This document shows positions 1-10,859 of a DNA stretch of 64,000 nucleotides, in pieces; positions within the stretch are counted from its first letter, which is position 1; the number at the start of each line of letters is the position of its first letter. The translations under genes were made by a program, and so were the position numbers. Source of the stretch: Amphiscolops sp. MND2022 (Eukaryota); contig OZ076413.1 in assembly GCA_964187785.1 (NCBI GenBank), positions 7,502,001-7,566,000 of the forward strand. The letters are read 5' to 3'. The notes beneath the pieces were generated by a model that saw only the letters and a list, made by a program, of their open reading frames with translations, did no database searches and had not been told where the DNA came from.

Positions 1-623
1 CATCTCATTTTCAATCTCTCATAACGTCAGAATTGATGTCGTCACTGCTGTCAATCAATGGGGGTCAATGTTTTGTTTATGTGCATGTATGATTCTTGCT
101 AACGCTATAATTTATTGAATTTGTTGTTTGTACACGCGGCGTGGATTTCTTCTAGCAGTGCTTTATAGCGCCGCCACACACCCGTCAACAAATCCTGAAA
201 CACTCTCATGAATGACTGGTACGCGTAATTTATTCATATCATCACTGTCGTAAACATCATTTTGACATACGCTGCTAACACTTTCTCGAGGTCATTATTC
301 GTTTTCATTTTGGAAGACCTTCTTTATTCATTTCAATTTTTAGAGAATTGCGGTACATTTGTCAATATCATTCTGTTTTCAGGTATGTGTTGTGCCTCTT
401 TATTAATTCAAATGTACAATAAACATGAATTTTAACACTCACTAAACCGGACCATCGTTAAAACATAATTCTCGTCATATGGTATTTGATTTCTAAACCA
501 ATCAAAATCAAAGTACACAAACAAGTATTCGAAACAACGTGAACTCCTTTTAACGTAATCAATGAGAGATGCACTAAACCGAGGTCCGACTGCAGTGGTT
601 ATTGAATTGTAATGACTTGCCTG

Positions 624-1157
624 TACATTACAGTGCATAGGTAAGCTATTCTGCTGCTTGTCGTGGAATCCGGGACACGAAAATTGAGAAAAGTCGTGGA
701 ATCCAGGACAAAAGTTCTCTTTGATGTTAAGGGTGTCCTTGATTCCACGCCAATACTGCTGCTATAATGACGCTTTTGCCGCTGCTCTCTGATTGGTCCA
801 CTGATTTTGAGTGATCATTATTGGAAAGGCAAAAGAACTTTTAATTAAATTAATTTTCTATCAATGGAAATTGTTTTGATTGACACGAAAAATCCCAAAG
901 TACGAATAGAGATACTCATCACTGGTACCAAAACTGCAGAACTTACGTTTTTGTGGAATCCGGGACACAGCGGCATGCCGACAGTGCGCACAGCTAAGCA
1001 TTTGTTACTGGAATCCACGACGAAATCCGTGGAATCCGGTACTTATGACGTAATTTGCCAATTTTGCACGGTTAAAGGTATGGTCGTGGAATCCGAGGTA
1101 TTGAAAGCACAAAGTTGCGCTTTGAGCTAATTAAGCTTGCCTATGCACTCTAATGTA
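624..1157. mobile_element. TIR-bounded non-autonomous DNA element (MITE) with internal GTGGAATCC repeats
   Basis: Inverted ends TACATTACAGTGCATAGGTAAGCT / AGCTTGCCTATGCACTCTAATGTA with TA at both extremities; about six GTGGAATCC-type motifs inside (661-1095). Confidence 0.7.
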
Positions 1158-2500
1158 GTTTCTCATTTTTGGGTCCTCAGAGTGTTTGTCTCCCAGTGAC
1201 AATTATTACTTGTAAGCAGCCTCGACAGTAGTCATGAAAACTTTCTGATACTTCGACACACTGACAGAGACCACATATCAGTAAAACAATCAAAAACATC
1301 CCGGTTGGTTTATGGAATATCATGGTCCAGCGCGCAATAAAAGAAGAGGCAGAGAGAGATGGGACTTATTTATTACTTTGTCAAATGTTATTTTCCGTCC
1401 ACATATAATGTAATGGGGGGGGAATCATGATCTGTGATGCGTTTTTTAAACAAATTTTGCCAAAGCTTCATCCACTTGACTATTTTAACATTAAAACAGT
1501 CAAGTAGTTACTAATGGTAAAATCTGCCAAATCTCCACAATCTCCATCCACTACTAGACTATTTTAGTCACTTGACTATTTCAGTTACTATCAATCAGTA
1601 GGTTTTGGGTTCGAATGTCGCCTCCGCCTGATTTTTTTCGATAAGGCGGAAAATATACCGGTGTTTAGCGGGCGTCTTGTTACATTTTCTTCTGTAGACG
1701 GACCAACAATTATTGTACATTTTCATCGCGTTTGGTTACATCAGAATGACTATTTATCTCCGTTGGGGGAGGTTCTGTTGGATTAGTTGAATGCACTTTT
1801 GATACTAGATAAGAAACAAGGTTTTTTAAAAAACAATACGCCCGCTATGCACCGGGATATTTTCCGCCCTGAAAGCGGAAACCGAAAATTTACCTCCTCC
1901 TTGGAAAAACCCAATTTACTTCGAATATAAACGTCAATATTCGGATATAGCGCAATTTTTTCGAACCTCCGCTTCCTGCGTAGAAGAACACAATTAATTT
2001 TGGATATAACGTCAAAAGTTCGGATATAGCTTGCTGAGGGGAATGGGAACGCTTGTTTTCGAACCTCGCCCTCCTCCTTAGTAAAACGCAATATTAAATT
2101 TAAAATGGAATAAAAAGGAGTTTTGGCAGAATTTGGAAAAAAACGCAACACGGATTATGATTTTGCTCCCCCTACACAATAGGGGGCAGAAAATAATATA
2201 CTTGATTGGAGCATTCTTGGTACAGTTTATACTTTGACTTCGTCCAGTAACGACAAAAACTCCTCACTATTCAACGTCATGGCTTCATTAGGCCAATGTC
2301 TCAATATATTGCAATTTCCATATTCATATATTGTAATTCCCATATTTATGGGCAAAATTTCAACGAGCAGGAACAACCCAAGTCGGTGACCCAGTCAGAG
2401 ACCGAAAAAACTGTCTGAACATGCTTCAAGTTTACTCAAAAATTATTCCGCTAGTTTCCGTTCAAAAAATTGAAAGACCTCCGGAGTGTTTTCCATTAGA

Positions 2501-3504
2501 GGCTCTTTTCTGTTCCCCCCCCCACCACCAATTTTTTTTGGAAAATTAGTGAAAATATTATAACAAATAGATTTGAATACAAACCAGAAAGCTTCAGTTT
2601 TAAACTTATCCTCGAGGTGACAGTTAAGGATTCAGATACAAACTTTGTTCACACTTTTTCCTTAAGTAGTCACGCATTTTTGATGAAGAAATCAACAGCT
2701 TCCTGTTTTAACCTTAACTTGGCCAATGTGCCAAATTTGGCACATTTAGTTTCTGCAAATTCTTAACGCACCAGCTGATTGTATGGTAAAGCAAACCCTT
2801 TAATAAGAGTTTCAGACAATATTGCATATCATTCGGCGCCTTTTCACGAAAAACTGACGTGATGTCTCCAAAATCCAGAAAATGAGGCGAAAAAATCAAA
2901 AGAAAAATAAGTGCAGATTTTCCGTTTTCCCAGTTTTCGTTTGTGCCCCTTTTATCCCACTGGTATCAACATTGGGTCAAAGCGGCCCCAGCATGTTTTG
3001 AAACATGCTGAAAAGCAAGCAGAGACACGACGCGTGCAAAGTTTTGGCGCAAAGTTCGGAGCCAGTGCGGCGAAGCCGCACGCCAGCGGAGAACTTGGCG
3101 CAAAACACTTTGCACGCAAGGGGCCCGCTCTAGCGGGCCCCAACCCCAGCAGTTTGAAAATTGATTTGAAAGCCCCAATGCTCCTCTTTCGAACGTTGTA
3201 TAAATCGTTTGTCGGACTTGTACAGTTCAGGAGATATTGCGGTTTAAAGTTGAAGCACCCGATTTTTGGATGGAACCAGATTTTTCCTGGCCAACTTAAG
3301 GTTAAGTGATAAATAGACACTTAATACGAACATAATTATAGTCAAAATGCGTGAACAATGTTTTGTTCAAGCGGAAAACTACTCTAATAGAAGTTAACTT
3401 CCTGTTATGAAAGAAGATTTTACTTTTAATTAGAATAGTCTAAAGTTTTCAAGGAAAATTATTTTCAAAATTTTTGGTGGTGGGGGGGGGAACAGAAAAG
3501 AACC
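2501..3504. mobile_element. Merlin-like MITE (GG termini, 8-bp TSD) interrupted by a piggyBac-like insert
   Basis: TIRs GGCTCTTTTCTGTTCCCCCCCC / GGGGGGGGAACAGAAAAGAACC; identical 8-bp flanks CCATTAGA. An uninterrupted inverted copy lies at 24008-24424. Confidence 0.8.
2712..3301. mobile_element. piggyBac-like MITE
   Basis: TIRs CCTTAACTTGGCCA / TGGCCAACTTAAGG flanked by TTAA on both sides (2708-2711, 3302-3305). Related internal sequence recurs at about 57950-58560 and 48690-49050. Confidence 0.8.
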
Positions 3505-3588
3505 CCATTAGATACATAAAACATGTGAAACTTTAGATGTGTCTATTTTGCATTATAGAATCTATTTTGCATATAGCGTTGCCCATTT

Positions 3589-3831
3589 TCACACAAGATT
3601 CGAAACAACTTTTAACTGTCGTCTTTTCAAAACTAGGAACCCCTGCCTGAGAGACTCTGCCGAGACTGCTCTGTCGTCTTTCAGGAAACGAGTGAAACGC
3701 AATTCTTCCCAAAGGCGCGGCTCATTGGAAATTCTTGCCCACTTTCTGCACACTCGATTGGCTGAACAGAGATCTCGCTTTGGCAATAAACGAAATATCT
3801 GGTGCAGAACATCGTCAGGGAGACTCTTCAT
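3589..3831 (-). CDS. F-box domain exon (probable N-terminus of an F-box protein; remaining exons not identified)
   Basis: SLPDDVLHQIFRLLPKRDLCSANRVCRKWARISNEPRLW matches the F-box consensus LPxEILxxIFxxL...L...VCRxW...LW; acceptor-like TTTTCCTATAG just upstream of the ATG. Confidence 0.8.
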   Translation of the reverse strand: MKSLPDDVLHQIFRLLPKRDLCSANRVCRKWARISNEPRLWEELRFTRFLKDDRAVSAESLRQGFLVLKRRQLKVVSNLV

Positions 3832-3905
3832 TTTTTCTATAGGAAAACCATGATACCTGAAACAAGACGCCCGCTAAGCACCGGGATATTTTCCGCCAAA
3901 AATGA

Positions 3906-3980
3906 AATGCATCAGCACGGGTTCGAACCGACGACCTCGTGTCTGCCAGGCAGACGCACCACCAATTGCGCCATGGTGAC
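3906..3980 (-). other. tRNA-like (Pol III A-box/B-box) sequence inside a dispersed repeat
   Basis: TGGCGCAATTGG A-box and GGTTCGAACCC B-box at tRNA spacing; the cloverleaf stems pair poorly. Confidence 0.5.
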
Positions 3981-4209
3981 AAGAATATTCAAATTTGTAT
4001 TTTCTAAATGGAGTAATAAAGTGTGGAGATTTAGCAGAACTTGGAAAAAAAGCGACACAGATTATGATTTTCATACTCCATTAAATGTGGGCGGAAAACA
4101 AACATCAACAAGGGACAAATGAGCACTGTGTTCGGATATTTGCTTCTGGGCCATTAGCTACCTACCGCAGGCAAAATGCTACTGAGCTAATTGCTACAGA
4201 TTGGGTGCT

Positions 4210-4386
4210 ACACTCAACTCAGTTTACAACGATTACGTTTATAACGATAGTCCGGTTATAGCGATAAAGCTTCACGGTCCCGCCCACGATGCTAGTATAT
4301 AACGATTTTCGCCTATAACGATATTCGGATATAACGATTAAAGAACGCCGGTCCCCGGGCAATCGTTTTAAGCGAAGTTGAGTGTA
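4210..4386. mobile_element. pogo/Tigger-like MITE
   Basis: Ends TACACTCAACT / AGTTGAGTGTA with TA termini; internal ATAACGAT repeats. Confidence 0.6.
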
Positions 4387-5544
4387 CTACGGAGTGTGCG
4401 ATTAGATTAATGAATTGATTATGAAAACAATAAACTATGCTAGAATGTCTTTTTACAACAAAATGTATCGGCCGGGACGTCTGATATGCTGTTTCTTCTA
4501 GTCGTTGACTCACGTTGGTGCCCAAGCATGAATTCAACACGAACTGACAAACTTCAAAAATGTTCGCTCTTCGGAAGAAGCAATTGCGTCTCCTGCTATT
4601 CAGCTACTCACGTGAGAACTATTGTATGTAAGAAACAGAAATTTGATAATCCCCTGTTTTCTAGAACAATGACTGATTTTCAACATAGAAAGTATCAATG
4701 TTTTAAAGTTGAAGTTCATTTTCAAGCTTTACAGAGATGTTTTTCACCACACTTTTCACTTATCCAAAATACTCGTTCCTCTTATCAGGAAAGTTTGACG
4801 TCAGTGATTTTTTTGATTTTCCAGAACTGGGCGACTTCTCTTCATTTTGTTTCCGTTTCAGCTAAGAGAACCTGCCTGACTTTGTTGTTTTCAGTTACGG
4901 AAAAGCCTATTCAAACTAAAGTTCTTGCGCTTTCTAAGCCTCCAATAGAGCCGAGCAGTTAACAACTCATTTATGCAACTTCTGCCGCTAGAAAGACGGT
5001 TGGTTACCGATCAGTACCTTTGCGAACAATCCCTTCACTTGCGCACATTTCTTGACAATTGAAACGTTCGAAAACTTTTCTCAACATTGTTATTTCAGTT
5101 TACTAGCAATAATTTTGCAGCAGCTAAACTTTTGGTACACATAAAAACGTATAGACAGAATTGCCCGATAATTTTCGTAGGGATAAAATGTCTTCAATTT
5201 TGGATCGATTTCCAGAAGCAAACAATGTCCATGAACTTCACAAAGATGCAAACCGAAGTTTTCAAGACTGTTGGGAGATTTCAATCACTAACAGTAGAAA
5301 AATAGCTATAAAACAGTAATATCAAAGAGGAAAGTACGAGACAAATTTCAGACACTCTCTTTAGTTTGACCCCTCTTAAAAGTTGCCAACTTTGTGTAGA
5401 AAGAAACCCCATCTAATTGAAATCCTGACTTTCAAAAGGAACTGACTCTCAAAAGGAACTGACTCTCAAAAGGAACGGAAGATAATTTTATATAGAAATT
5501 TCTTTGATCAAAATAAATACATGGATAACAAAATGTAACATTGG

Positions 5545-5922
5545 CAGGGTTGGCTTTTAATCGGGTTGAAATATTTCAATCATTTTAATCCGATTAAAAT
5601 GATTTAAAAAAATAAACTGACTAAAAATCAACATGCAGAAAGCTGATAATTCTTAAAAATAAACTGAAAAGTTGGATCAAAAATCAGAAAACAAGTGTTT
5701 GGAGTTTTTCAACTCCAATTCAATTTTGGTCTTCTAATGAACAAAGTCTAAAGTTATGAAAACGTATTCCGATGAAAATGCTCGGAAAGAAAGCCAAAAT
5801 GCGGGTGCGTAGATCAAATAACTCATCCATGTCGAGAAACTGGCCTATTCATACTGATTTTAATCAATCATGATTGAAATAATTTCAATGAAGTTGATTA
5901 AAATCTGATTCAGCCAACCCTG
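5545..5922. mobile_element. hAT-like MITE
   Basis: TIRs CAGGGTTGGCT / AGCCAACCCTG; 8-bp flanks AACATTGG / AACACTGG (7 of 8 match). Confidence 0.75.
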
Positions 5923-6046
5923 AACACTGGTAATTCCATGTGTCAGAACGTTTGCTCGAGCGGTTAGAACTGTTTTCTAATCGTTAATTCAAATCACCAT
6001 GAAAAATGAAACATCAGTGAAGAGATATCATGATTTAATCAGTGTT

Positions 6047-8230
6047 TCATAAATTGTGGTTTGTGGATCGTTCTACATAGACACATAGAGTGAATCCAAA
6101 GATTCTAGGCATTGGAGGACCTTTTGACCAACTATCACTTGTGATGTCGTAAATATCCACATCAATACAATTATCGCCACCGATGACATAAATTTTGTCG
6201 TTCACCACTACAGACCCGCGTGGACTATTTGTATCTGGATGATTCAATTGCGCAATAGCTGTCCAGTTATCAATGGAAGGATTGTACTTTTCACAGAACC
6301 CGTCACGACCAAAAACATATATCTCTCCATTATACGTTGAGACAGTGTGCCAGTGATTTCCTTGATTCCTTGATTTGCAGAATCTCCAAAAATTCATTTT
6401 AGGATCAAAGACTTCGACGGTTGCAATGTTGTAATAACTACCAATAGCATAAATTTCATCATCCACACAAGCAGCTTGAAAGTGGTATCTCTCAGTATTC
6501 ATGGCAGGAAGTCTTAGCCAACTACCAATAGGTTCGCCGCTTCCATTACATTGCAACATTTCAACTGATTTCGGTATATTTTTCCCAACACCCCCCATTA
6601 CATAAATAGCATTTGTAGAAGTGACACTCGCTGAGAGTCCATGACGACCTTCCAGCATGCTTGGACCAGCGGTCCAAACTTTTGTTTGTGTATTGTAAAT
6701 TGAAACTTTAGACAAATTAGGATGCCCACCAATAAGGAAAACATTTACTCCGACAATAACTACACAAAAATAAATACCGTGATTTTCTCCGTGCCATTCT
6801 GTCCAAATTCCTTTGACTGGGTCGAACATGAGGTTTTCACCATCTTGACCAAAGACCAATAGTTTGGAGGTGAATCGATACCGGCTATTCGCGGTACAAT
6901 TTCCAGCAATTGCATCTTCCACCAACTTCCTGGAATCTAGATTGATCATTATGACGTGATCAGGGTCTGATTCTATTTCCCGCAACATTTCACTTGAAAC
7001 TTTGCCGAACCTTACGTGCTTCAAAAGTGAAATGCAATTCTTCTTCCTGAGCCAGAAATCGAAGTGTATCCATTCATTGACAACCGAAACAACATCATCT
7101 TCGCTTTCAACGTTCAGTTTGTCTGACTTAGTGAGATCCTCCAAAACACTCTGACTGATTCTTCGATAGAAACTAGACTTGCTTTCATTCACAACATCCA
7201 TAAAATTTTTCAATATATAATCGAACGCTTGATCGTACAACTGTTGATTTCCAACCTTTTTGGATTGTCTCAGTATGGAGATGCAGTTTTTGGTACTCAG
7301 TGCTTGATTGAGGTCCATTTCTTCTGAGTCATCATGAATCTCAAATTCCAAATCTGCGTAGGCAATGGCAGCGCAACTAGCGCAACGCTTTTCCATTAAA
7401 ATCATCACTTGCTCTGATAAAAGCTTGGCTCTGTCAAAATCATCCTTGCAACGAATCGACTCCTTTTTCAGCTCAGACACAAAATTTTCCAAAGCCACGA
7501 TATTGCTGTCAACAAAATCGAGACTTCCTGATTCGAACATCTTCGAGAGGTCCTCCATACGGGGTTTGATATCAGCGCATCCTTTCAGAATCCCGACATC
7601 TCGAAGTTTCTCTTGTGACAGATTGTCGATCAGCAAATCAATCTCAGAAATGCGGAGCTTCGAATTGAATTTCACTTGGTCCAGTTCAGAGTCTAATCTT
7701 TCCCAACATGGAAGTAAATGCTTATGCTTCGCCGTGCCAATCGGTTCTATAGCGTGCTCTGAATGATCACCGATTAGACATTTAATGCACAGTTCCTTCT
7801 CATCTTTGTAGCAATACAGCTGGATTTTTTCCCAATGAATGTCACAATTTTCCTTCTTCTTTGTAACTAGAAACGTTACCAACTTCTGCTCTTCGTCTTC
7901 AGAAATGCTATGGGTTCTGAAAAGTTTGATTAGGATATTAAACAGACATTTATCTTCCTCAACTTTTGATTTTTCCACTTCCTTTGCCAGCTTCAACTCA
8001 ACTGTTGAGGAAACTTCTTCACATGATAAAAGGGCCCCGATACAATCTCCCCAAGATTCCTGACCTGATTCGAAGTTAATTTTCAGGCCACGAAAAAGTT
8101 CGTCCAAAATAAAAGTAGAAATGTTTCGGTAACTTTCGTTTCTGTTGAGGCCATGGGATATAATGAGGTTGGCAATACAATTCGAGAAGGTGACATCTTC
8201 ATTCAACCGTGATTCCAAAATCTCGATCAT
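6047..8230 (-). CDS. Intronless 727-aa protein: B-box zinc finger, coiled coil, BACK domain, Kelch repeats
   Basis: CDIHWEKIQLYCYKDEKELCIKCLIGDHSEH (B-box type 2), then a heptad-rich region; TKNCISIL...YILKNF...LNVESEDDVVSVVNEWI...LLKHVRF (BACK); five to six Kelch repeats (VFLIGG, IYVMGG, IYAIG, IYVFG, IYVIGG with Y..W motifs). Confidence 0.9.
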   Translation of the reverse strand: MIEILESRLNEDVTFSNCIANLIISHGLNRNESYRNISTFILDELFRGLKINFESGQESWGDCIGALLSCEEVSSTVELKLAKEVEKSKVEEDKCLFNILIKLFRTHSISEDEEQKLVTFLVTKKKENCDIHWEKIQLYCYKDEKELCIKCLIGDHSEHAIEPIGTAKHKHLLPCWERLDSELDQVKFNSKLRISEIDLLIDNLSQEKLRDVGILKGCADIKPRMEDLSKMFESGSLDFVDSNIVALENFVSELKKESIRCKDDFDRAKLLSEQVMILMEKRCASCAAIAYADLEFEIHDDSEEMDLNQALSTKNCISILRQSKKVGNQQLYDQAFDYILKNFMDVVNESKSSFYRRISQSVLEDLTKSDKLNVESEDDVVSVVNEWIHFDFWLRKKNCISLLKHVRFGKVSSEMLREIESDPDHVIMINLDSRKLVEDAIAGNCTANSRYRFTSKLLVFGQDGENLMFDPVKGIWTEWHGENHGIYFCVVIVGVNVFLIGGHPNLSKVSIYNTQTKVWTAGPSMLEGRHGLSASVTSTNAIYVMGGVGKNIPKSVEMLQCNGSGEPIGSWLRLPAMNTERYHFQAACVDDEIYAIGSYYNIATVEVFDPKMNFWRFCKSRNQGNHWHTVSTYNGEIYVFGRDGFCEKYNPSIDNWTAIAQLNHPDTNSPRGSVVVNDKIYVIGGDNCIDVDIYDITSDSWSKGPPMPRIFGFTLCVYVERSTNHNL

Positions 8231-8519
8231 ACATCTAGCATCAATGTCAGGTCAAAGGTGCGGCTATGTTGGGTAGAACAATTATTCTTGTCAACAAAAA
8301 ATCTGCCGATACCGAAGCAGGAGAGTAAAAAAGTAGACCTTTTTTTAAAGATCCAACCAACTGATAAAATAATGACATAAAATTCAAAAAAGTTCAATGA
8401 TGAAGCACCTACAGTCTATCTATTGGATAGAGATTTTAGAGAATAAGTCTGAGCACAGAGAAATGTAAAAAAACTGGTTCAGAATCCGGTTCAATTTTTG
8501 GTCACTAATTTCAATTCAT

Positions 8520-9000
8520 GAAAAATAGGCCCCTCCCCTCCGGGGCACATTACTATTTCTGCTTTAATCTTTCATTAATAACAGAATCATATATGGAATA
8601 CCAATACACTCCTGTTTAATCATTATTTAGCGCACAATTAATCACTGTAGCAGTTTATACTGTCTTTAAATCTCGGACTAAAACAAATATAACTACTAAG
8701 CGTAGACGGAGTTTCGCATTCGCATTTGAATGCAGGCGAAGCTCTCAACGAACGAATAATTAACACTCATTCGCTTCATCTCAATAACTCGAAAAGCATA
8801 CGAAAGCATAATTACCACTCGCTAGTTCCATCGCACTAGAATTGAAATGTCGTCGGCAGCTTGAGAAATTTAATTCCCACGCTTAGAGTCAGTGCCGAAC
8901 AAAATATCTGAAATATTCAGTATCATGCGAATAATTGTACTGAAAAAACGTAGACACCTTGAGATTTCAATAATATTCCTGCTATCGCAGAAATAATAAA
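8520..9000. repeat. Abundant dispersed repeat family R1 (AAAATAGGCCCCTCCGGGGC head; AACTACTAAGCGTAGACG...GCAGGCGAAGCTCTC core)
   Basis: Recognisable copies at about 8520-9000, 17063-17480, 23540-23650, 25850-27390 (split by a hAT), 37900-37980, 48440-48660, 50025-50545, 50960-51100 and 55780-56485. Confidence 0.8.
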
Positions 9001-9415
9001 TACGGAGCCGTTATTTTTGTTGTTTCTTGTCCTCTGATTTTTCAATCGAAATTGACCAAAAAGTGACCAATTTTTCAGCATGAGGTTTGAAGAGGGCCAA
9101 AAAAGCACAAAGTGTTCCTCTCAGTTAGACACCCCTTTGGATTTTTCGACGCTGTGCTTTCTCCGCATTTATTATTAGTCTTATTCATACAACAGTCCCT
9201 ACATGTTGTTATGATGGGGTTTTTCAGTTAAAACAACACTTTGGAACCCCAAACCGTTTTTTCGGCACTGTGCAACATTTTCAATTTCTAACAAAAGTTA
9301 CACCCGTGGTTTATATTTGCTTTCATTTAGGCAAAAGCTTTCTCTTTCTGTCGAGCCCAAAGGACACATTAAACAACCCCATACCCCCATAACTTTATTC
9401 TCGACACAGGGTAAC

Positions 9416-9643
9416 TGTTTACTAATTGAGCTTTGAATGAATCTCAGTTTTCTATTGAGTTGAAGAGACGAAGAGGGAAAGAATCAACTTTCTAATGAGA
9501 GTTTAACAAAAGTGTGAATGAAATTGAATGGAAAAGCAAATGTTTAGAGAAGTTGCACGTGAATGAATATGATTGGTTGAAACATTCAGATTGCTGTTAA
9601 AGTGACATGCGAGCTTCGAATTTTTCTTCTTTAGATCTCAACA
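9416..9643 (-). repeat. 3' LTR of the BEL/Pao element
   Basis: Direct repeat of 16530-16757, TGTTT...AACA. Confidence 0.95.
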
Positions 9644-9692
9644 TTCCGGCGGCCTTGAAGTATAATTTTACTTTAATCTTTCAGATCGAGTC

Positions 9693-10692
9693 ATGAGTGA
9701 ATATGATCATCTTACAGTTGAAGTTGACCGCGATTCGGAGAATCGGGAGAGGGAGGGGCGAGCACGTCGTCGGCCACCAATTGGGCAGTTTAGAGAGAGG
9801 CCATCGAGGAGGGTGAAAATACAGAGGCTGGATCCAGAGACGCTCGAGGGGTTCTGGGGTGATGTCGTCAGCGGCGCTGTCGGTCTGACTCCATTGTCAG
9901 CAAAGTCCCCAGAGCAGGTCCTGTCCAGTAGGAGGGAGGCAGCTGTGTTGGAGGGCCAATTCGTGGATTTGCCAGAGGATGTAAAGGTATATAAATAAAC
10001 TTCGAGAAAACTTCGATCTGGTTGAAGTAGTACTGCAAATACACTTGATTGAATTATGGGTTTATCTGAATGTTTTATTGTAGAAGGAGCTGTTGGAGAC
10101 CACATCGGTGGACTACGTGGCCACTTCGAAATTAACAGAGGGCACTGCGGCCAGAAATTGTCCGGAGCATCCCAGCAAGACCCGAGGGGACCGGCAATTG
10201 AAGGATGGTGAGGCAGTGAGTTCGTGGCCGGGGAGTGTCCAGCAGCCAATTCGAGTAATTCAAGTGGAGGGTTCATCTTTTCGTGCCTTCCACTATGATC
10301 TCTTGGACACAGCCGACTCCTTGCTATCATTAGTAAGGGGGAGAAAGCTATGGTTGCTGTGTCATCCTGGAAACACTGGGTCGCTGCTGGAGAGGTTTGC
10401 AGGGGCGAACGACTCTGAGGAGGGCTTTTCTGAAGCTGTGCGGTTTCTGCGGAATCTGTCGCCAGCGCAGAAGAAGCAAATTCTGTACTGTGTTCTAGAC
10501 AGCTCCAAGACACTGTACTTACCGTATGCCTGGGCCCACAGTGTCATAACAATTGTGCAGGAGGGATATGCTTGCTCGATGTGGTACATAGAGTTGCCAA
10601 CATCACAACAGGAGGTCTCGGAGGAGTGGAGGAAGGCGACTGGCAAGGGTCGTTGTGGTGGCAGGCGACAAGCAATGGCTGCTCCTCGATAG
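9693..10692 (+). CDS. Two-exon JmjC-domain protein (about 300 aa; exons 9693-9986 and 10084-10692) inside the BEL/Pao element, antisense to gag-pol
   Basis: Phase-0 GT-AG intron 9987-10083 (AAG|GTATAT...TTTTATTGTAG|AAG) joins the two ORFs in frame. Exon 2 has FRAFHYD (HxD), LVRGRKLWLLCHP (2OG-binding K) and TLYLPYAWAHSVIT (distal His). AATAAA at 10786-10791 followed by a T-rich tract. Confidence 0.85.
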
Positions 10693-10859
10693 GTAAGCAC
10701 TATATTTGGTAAATCTTTCAAATCATTGCATGTAAACTTGAAATAATGCAACAGATAATGTAATGAAAGTTTCAATACAAATGCAAATAAACTGTTTTTT
10801 GCTGCTTTTTCTTCAACAATGATCCGAAAGGCATGAGTACGAGGCGTGATGAGTATTAG

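Noticed and set aside
1-430. Possible coding remnant on the minus strand at the window start
   Set aside because: Short interrupted frames with no recognisable motif; truncated by the window edge.
3906-3980. Functional tRNA genes here and at 17599, 22760 and 50756
   Set aside because: Acceptor, anticodon or T stems are mispaired and each sits within a dispersed repeat.
5434-5476. 17-bp triple repeat AAAAGGAACTGACTCTC
   Set aside because: Ordinary local slippage duplication with no associated feature.
9707-10513. 268-aa minus-strand ORF in the BEL 3' region as an env or accessory gene
   Set aside because: Ser/Pro-rich with no signal peptide or C-terminal membrane anchor and no recognisable motifs; best explained as the shadow of the GC-richer JmjC frame.
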